The translations under genes and the position numbers were made by a program. 64,000 nucleotides of DNA from an uncultured Planctomycetaceae bacterium (lineage in GTDB: Bacteria > Planctomycetota > Planctomycetia > Pirellulales > PALSA-1355), in contig CAWAUV010000008.1 in the NCBI GenBank assembly GCA_963785305.1, forward strand, positions 224,001-288,000, in the 5' to 3' direction. The notes below the pieces were generated by a model, which saw nothing but the letters and a program-made list of their open reading frames with translations, was not told where the DNA came from and did no database searches. Below, one piece after another: positions 58,799 through 64,000 of the stretch (positions are counted from its first letter, which is position 1; each line of letters opens with the position of its first letter).

Positions 58799-61700
58799 TC
58801 GGTCGAGCCGGGTTGGCTCGAGTATGTTTCCGAGAGCGATGCCGCAGGCGTGACCCAGAGCGATGCCCAGGCTTTGGCCGTCAAGACGCAGGCCGTGGCC
58901 GACGACGCGGCGGAATCGCAGTTCGCCCAAGCGGTGGCCGGCGCCGAGGAGACCGAGGCCGAGTCGCTGGCCGACGCCGACGAGGCGGCCTCCGAGTCGG
59001 GCGCCGCGGCCGACGCGGATCGTTCGCTCTCGGGGGTCGAGGCCGAGTCGACGTACAGCGTGGCGGTGGCCCAGGCCACGGCCGCGTACGACAACACGGC
59101 TGCCGGGGCCGAGGCGGCGCAAAGCCGGATCGTGTACGCCGCGGCGATGGCCGATATCGTCGCCAATCCCCAGATGCTGCTCGCTCCGAATCTGGCCGAT
59201 CCCGACACCGCCGACATCGCGACCGTGGACGAGGCGCGCCTCGCCCAGGACCAGGCGCTCGACGCCGCGAATCTGACGTTCACGACCAGCATCGAACAAG
59301 CGATGGTCGCGCGGGCCCAAACGCTGGGCGACGCCGATGTGGCGCTGGCGACCGGGGCGGCCGGCACGCTCGATACCGCCACCAGCGCCGCCGTCGCCGC
59401 GGGCAATGTGTTTGCCCGGGCCGAGGCCGGATTCGCCGGCACGCTGACCGATTCCCAGGCCGGCGACGAGGCGACCGACGAAGTCGCTTATGGCCAGGCC
59501 GAGGTGAACGACACGCAAACGGTCGGCGGCGACCTGACGACGTATGAAAACACGGTGAGCGAGGCGAACGGGACGGAGCTCGTGGCGCTGGGGTCGGCCG
59601 AGGGCACTTATCAGATCAATACGGCCGAGGCGAGCACTCAAGCCGCCGCCTCGGCGGCCAGTGTGGCGCCCGACTCGGCGAATCTGTTCGCGGCGCAGTA
59701 TGCCCAATCGTACGCCGCTTGGGTTAGCGATGTGGCGCCGTCGTACACGGCCTACTGGCAGACGATCGCTTCCACCAATGAAACGGCCGACCAGCAAGCG
59801 GACTCGAACGATGAAACGGCCGCCAATGCTTATGCCCAGGCCGATCTGGCGTATATCCAAACCACGAGCGCCGCCGACGCCACGCAAACCGAAAACGACA
59901 CCGCGGCGGACACGGCGTTCGACGTGGCGGACGTGGCGCTGGCCGGCGCGAGCCAGACGGCGAGCCAAGCGGCGGATGGGGCGTTGCAAGTGGCCGAGGC
60001 GCAAGCGCTCGATGTCTATGGCGTGGCGGCGGCCCAGGCGCAAATGGTTTTGCAAGTGGGCGATGATAGTGGCGGAGGAACCGCTGGCGGGCTCGTTCAA
60101 GCCCAGAACGCGAATTTGGAAACCGACGACGCGGCCCAACTCGCTTTCGACGTGGCCACGGCGGCATACAATGCGGGCGGCGACGTCGACACGTATCAAG
60201 CGGCCGTCGCCACATATTACGCGGCGCTCCAAACCGCCACCGCGACCGAGACCTCCGCCCAGACCACCGCCCAAGCGACGAATGCCACCTCGCTGAGCGC
60301 GGCCGCCTATCAATTGGCCGTCGCCCAGGCGAACGCCACGTATGGCGATGGCACGAGTTCCGGCGACGCCGCTTCCTGGTCGGGCGCCATGGCCGCCGCC
60401 GAATCGACCGCGGCGGTGAGCGAGGCCCAAGCGGTTCATGATCAGGCCGACGCCCTGAATCAAGACGCCAAGGCCGACGCGGATTCGTACGCCAACGCGA
60501 CGTACACCTGGACCGTGGCGTATGACTCCGCCGCCGCCACGGACACGAACCAAGACAACGCCGCCTATGCCGCCAGCGCCGCGCCGCAAGCGCAAGCGCT
60601 CGCTTCGCTCTGGGTGACCCAGGCCGATTGGCAGTCGGCCGTGGTCCAGGGCGGCGAATTTTACCGCCGCCTCGCCCGCGCTCGACGCGTTTCTGATCGA
60701 TCGGGCCGAGACCGAGGCCACTTGGATCGGGCCGGCGGGCGTTGCGTATGTCGGCTACGTGACCGGCGAAACGAGCACCGGGCAATCCGCCGCCGACGCG
60801 ATCACCTCGGCGATTCAAACCGATTCCGACGCCGACGCCCTGGCCACGCGCGACGCCGCGCTGGCCGACGACGGCGACGAGCTCACGGGCGCGAACTCCG
60901 ACATGGCCGCCGCGCTGGCCTTCGCCCAGTCCGACGCCCCGGCCGCGGCGACCGAGCTCGATCAAATGGCGGCGGCCACCGGCGCGTATACCGTGAGCGT
61001 GGCCGCGGCCCAGCAAGCGCTGGCGAACGGCGGGTCGCAAGACGATTACAACACCGCCGTCTCCGCCGCCACCACAACCCAACAATCGGCCAACCAAGCG
61101 GCGATCACCGACTATGCCTTGGCCCAGCTCGCGCTCGAAAACAGCGACACGCTCGCCGCCGCCGGCGCGAACCTCACCGCCGCCGATTCGCTCGCCAGCG
61201 CCGCGAGCACGCTGCAAACCTCGCAAGCCTCGAACGATCAAACGGCGGCTCTGGCGATCGCCGGAGCGATTCACGACGCCGCCGTCTCGAACGCGGCGGC
61301 CGACAGCGGCTATGCCATCGGTCAAGCGACGAGTTGGGACACGGCGGTCGACAATTTGTATGCGTCCGCGCCGAGCGTGTACTCGCAAGAAGCGGCGAGT
61401 CAGGCCGACGCCGCGAAGGCGCAAGTGGTCAGCGTGTCGAACGCGCTCTCGGCCAGCGAGACCACCACCGCCAACGCCAATCAGACGATGGCCGACACGA
61501 CCGCCAACGCCGCCGCGAGTTTGAACACGAGCATGGCGGCGGCGAGCCAGACACTTGCCGCCAACCAGGCGCAGGCAACCTACAACGGAGCGGTGGCGCT
61601 TGTCGCGGCCGATTCGACCGCCGCCCAGTCCGGCGCGGCGACCCCCCAGGGCCTTCCGATGCCCGCCGCCCCGGCGCCGGTGACCGCGGCGAATGTGGAT

Positions 61701-62891
61701 GTCGCGCCACCCACCTTGCCGAGCCGGCCGCCGACCGATGCGTTCAGCCCCACGACCAGCGCCCGGCTGGCCAGCGCCGCAGGCTCGAACGCCCAAGCGA
61801 TCAACCTCACCGGCGCCAGCACCCTGGCCGAAGGCGTAACCCTTTCGCAGACCGAAAACCAAGTCGCCACGGGGCAGACGATCACCGTCTCCCCGCCGAG
61901 CGGCTGGAGCACGGTCATCAATGTCGGCATCGGGATTTTTACAGGCGCGATTTCAGGTGCTCTAGCTGGCGGCACGGTGGGTGGTCTCTTGACAGGCGGC
62001 GCGGGCACGGCCTTCACGGCGATTGCGGGCGGTATCGCCGGCGCTGTCGCCGGCGGCTTCGCGGGTTATAATGCGACGGACGCGACGAGCGCGTTCACGA
62101 GTTCCCTCGGCGCCGGCATCCGGGCCGGCTTCGTGGCCGGCGTGGCGGGAGCGTACGTTGCCGCGGCCGCTTTGCCGGCCACCGCGGGGCTCCTGACGCA
62201 GATGACCGTCGCGGCCGCGGCCGGCGCGACCGCCGAAACCGCGGTTCAGACTTATGAGATCGGCGTCGGCTCGCGCAAAAGCGCCGACAACTTCCAGATC
62301 GCGGTAACCGCCGGCGCGTCCGCCGTCGGCCCGCTCGCCGCGAAAGTCATGTCCGCCGTCGACGACGGAATCACCAATTTAGTCGCCTCGTTCAAACAAC
62401 AAGCCCAGGGGCTCGCGAACGCCACCACGAGCGAAACGGCCAGTCTGAATGCGAATCCCCCAGAAACGGAGCCCCTCGTAACAACGCCCGAGGCGGAAGC
62501 GCAAGCCGCGAATGCGGCAAACAACGCGCCACCGGTAGCGTTACCGGTGAAGCCGCAAGACCCCGACGCCGGCATCTACCCGAGAAGTCCTTTATCAAAG
62601 CCGGTGTCCCCACCGCTTGAGCCCGGTGAATACGTTTATGTACAAGACGCCGATGGCATTGTTCACGTGGTCCCTAACGGCCCGCATATGCATCCGACCG
62701 TTCTTGGTAATGGTCAGCCTGCGGCGGCTGCCGGAGAGATTATTGTTGATGCAAATGGTGTTGTCATTGAAATCAATAATATCAGCGGAACTTTCCAGCA
62801 CGGCGCCAGTGTATTGGATGGAGTTAAAAATGCTCTCGAAAAGGCGGGATTGACCGTGAGCCCGAATGCAATCAATCCGTTTCAGTGGTAA
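58799..62891 (+). CDS. Cassette 4: 5'-truncated long Ala/Thr/Asp-rich polymorphic toxin with glycine-zipper region and Ntox43-like tip (frameshift near 60660-60690)
   Basis: ORFs 58850- and 60759-62891; colinear with the cassette 2 carrier; GxxxG-rich hydrophobic segment; tip HPTVLGNGQPAAAAGEI...EINNISGTF. Confidence 0.75.
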
Positions 62892-62904
62892 AGGCAAGAT
62901 CGAA

Positions 62905-63267
62905 ATGAAATCTTCCGTAATACTGAAACGCGGCCAGCAGCTAGTTGCGATTACATTGGATGCGTTTGAGCTGGACGAGCGAAAGCTCGAATGCAATATC
63001 TCGTGCGAGCCGCGAATCAGCACGAGCAGCGGTGAAGCATATTCGCCGGGCGCCGTCCGCATCTTGTGTCTATCTGCAATGGCATTCGTGCGAAGGAAAT
63101 TAGGGCTTTCTGCTGGCCTAAGATTGTATGTGTCTGAGGTATACGGAATCGTCGACCGTTCTGATGAAGTCGCAATCTGTAACGCCGCAGCTATCGCGAT
63201 TGCGAAATCGCTACGAAATGATGGACGTACTCTGATTGAGAGCCATAGCGGCTGGTGTAGTGAATGA
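62905..63267 (+). CDS. Cassette 4 putative immunity protein (120 aa)
   Basis: Small lower-GC ORF 13 nt after the toxin stop. Confidence 0.7.
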   Translation: MKSSVILKRGQQLVAITLDAFELDERKLECNISCEPRISTSSGEAYSPGAVRILCLSAMAFVRRKLGLSAGLRLYVSEVYGIVDRSDEVAICNAAAIAIAKSLRNDGRTLIESHSGWCSE

Positions 63268-63301
63268 ATTCAGACTTGTTGTTCCTGTCCCTGTTGTCCC
63301 T

Positions 63302-64000
63302 TGTCCCTCCCGAAAACCCCGTCGGAGGGGAATGACGATGCCGAGTAGGGTTGATTTCGCGAGGTTGGTTTCGGCGCGGCTCAGGAAAAATCGCCGGTGT
63401 TGGAGTGAAAACGGGTCCGGAGGGCCTGTTTTCACTCCTGGGCGCGTGGCCTTCCCTTCGGCGTGTTGGCTGTGGTTGAAAAGCATGGGGGCGCGAGGCG
63501 GCGTCAAGCGGCGCGCATGTAGCGGTGATGGAGGCCGCCGACTTGGGGAATGGATCGCACGGGGCCGCGTTCGGGCGGTTCGACCTCGCGAGGATTGGGC
63601 GGCGTTGCCCTCGAGCGAAAGATGGGTTCTTGAATTGTTGTAGTAGTCGAAGTAATCGGACAGGATGCGTTTCAAGTGGCGCTCGCCGAGCACGATGACG
63701 TGATCGAGACACTCGCGGCGGATCGAGCCGATCAGTCGTTCGACGTACGGATTTTCCCAAGGCGAGCGTGGCGAGCTGACGATTTGTTCGATTCCCAGAT
63801 TCTCGATGCGTCGTTGGAACACTTCGCCATAGATTCCGTCGCGATCGCGCTGCAAGTAGCGCGGCGCCGAATCATAGGGAAACGCTTCGACGATCTGCTG
63901 GGCGGTCCACTGGGCCGACGGATTGGCCGTGACATCGAAATGCAACACGCAGCGCCGATGGACGCTCAAGACGACGAAGGCGTAAAGCACGCGAAAGGTG
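63302..64000 (-). mobile_element. rve/integrase-core DDE transposable element, 3' part (CDS >64000-63504, frameshift near 63600; terminus at 63302)
   Basis: HFDVTANPSAQWTAQQ, YLQRDRDGIYG, SPWENPYVERLIGSIRRECLDH, C-terminal GGLHHRYMRAA*; terminus ...GTTTTCGGGAGGGACA ~200 bp past the stop. Confidence 0.85.

Noticed and set aside
58520..61862. Long antisense ORFs (733 and 712 aa), and similar shadows such as 12242-14107
   Set aside because: Arg/Gly-rich mirror frames of high-GC coding sequence on the opposite strand.
48826..64000. Classical integron or tyrosine-integrase island at tRNA-Leu
   Set aside because: No tyrosine recombinase, attC-like palindromes or duplicated tRNA 3' end in the window; the spacers match a DDE element end. 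Such features could still lie beyond 64000.

Overview
High-GC bacterial DNA, very likely a planctomycete (TIGR03009-like protein, exosortase/EpsI EPS locus, 23S-5S rRNA unit with no 16S). Many ordinary genes carry single frameshifts, which suggests uncorrected long-read errors. 1-23 kb: EPS export/exosortase locus, MFS transporter, stand-alone dnaE2 with a candidate SOS box, a MacAB-TolC-like system, and a gene split by a complete group II intron whose removal restores the frame. 23-32.4 kb: unlinked 23S-5S operon, then IS3 and IS4 elements, each followed by a decayed orphan toxin-tip/immunity pair. 32.9-48.6 kb: housekeeping genes (Gfo/Idh/MocA, pepF, rsmH, hpnD, hpnC, ispH, nfeD-nfeD-floA, hydroxyacid dehydrogenase). 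48.7-64 kb is the highlight. Downstream of tRNA-Leu(TAG) lie four polymorphic toxin/immunity cassettes sharing an Ala/Thr/Asp-rich carrier I do not recognise, two with HINT domains. Every cassette boundary carries the terminus (TGTCCCTCCCGAAAAC) of an rve/DDE element whose transposase is at the right edge. All family calls are by motif recognition; no searches were run.
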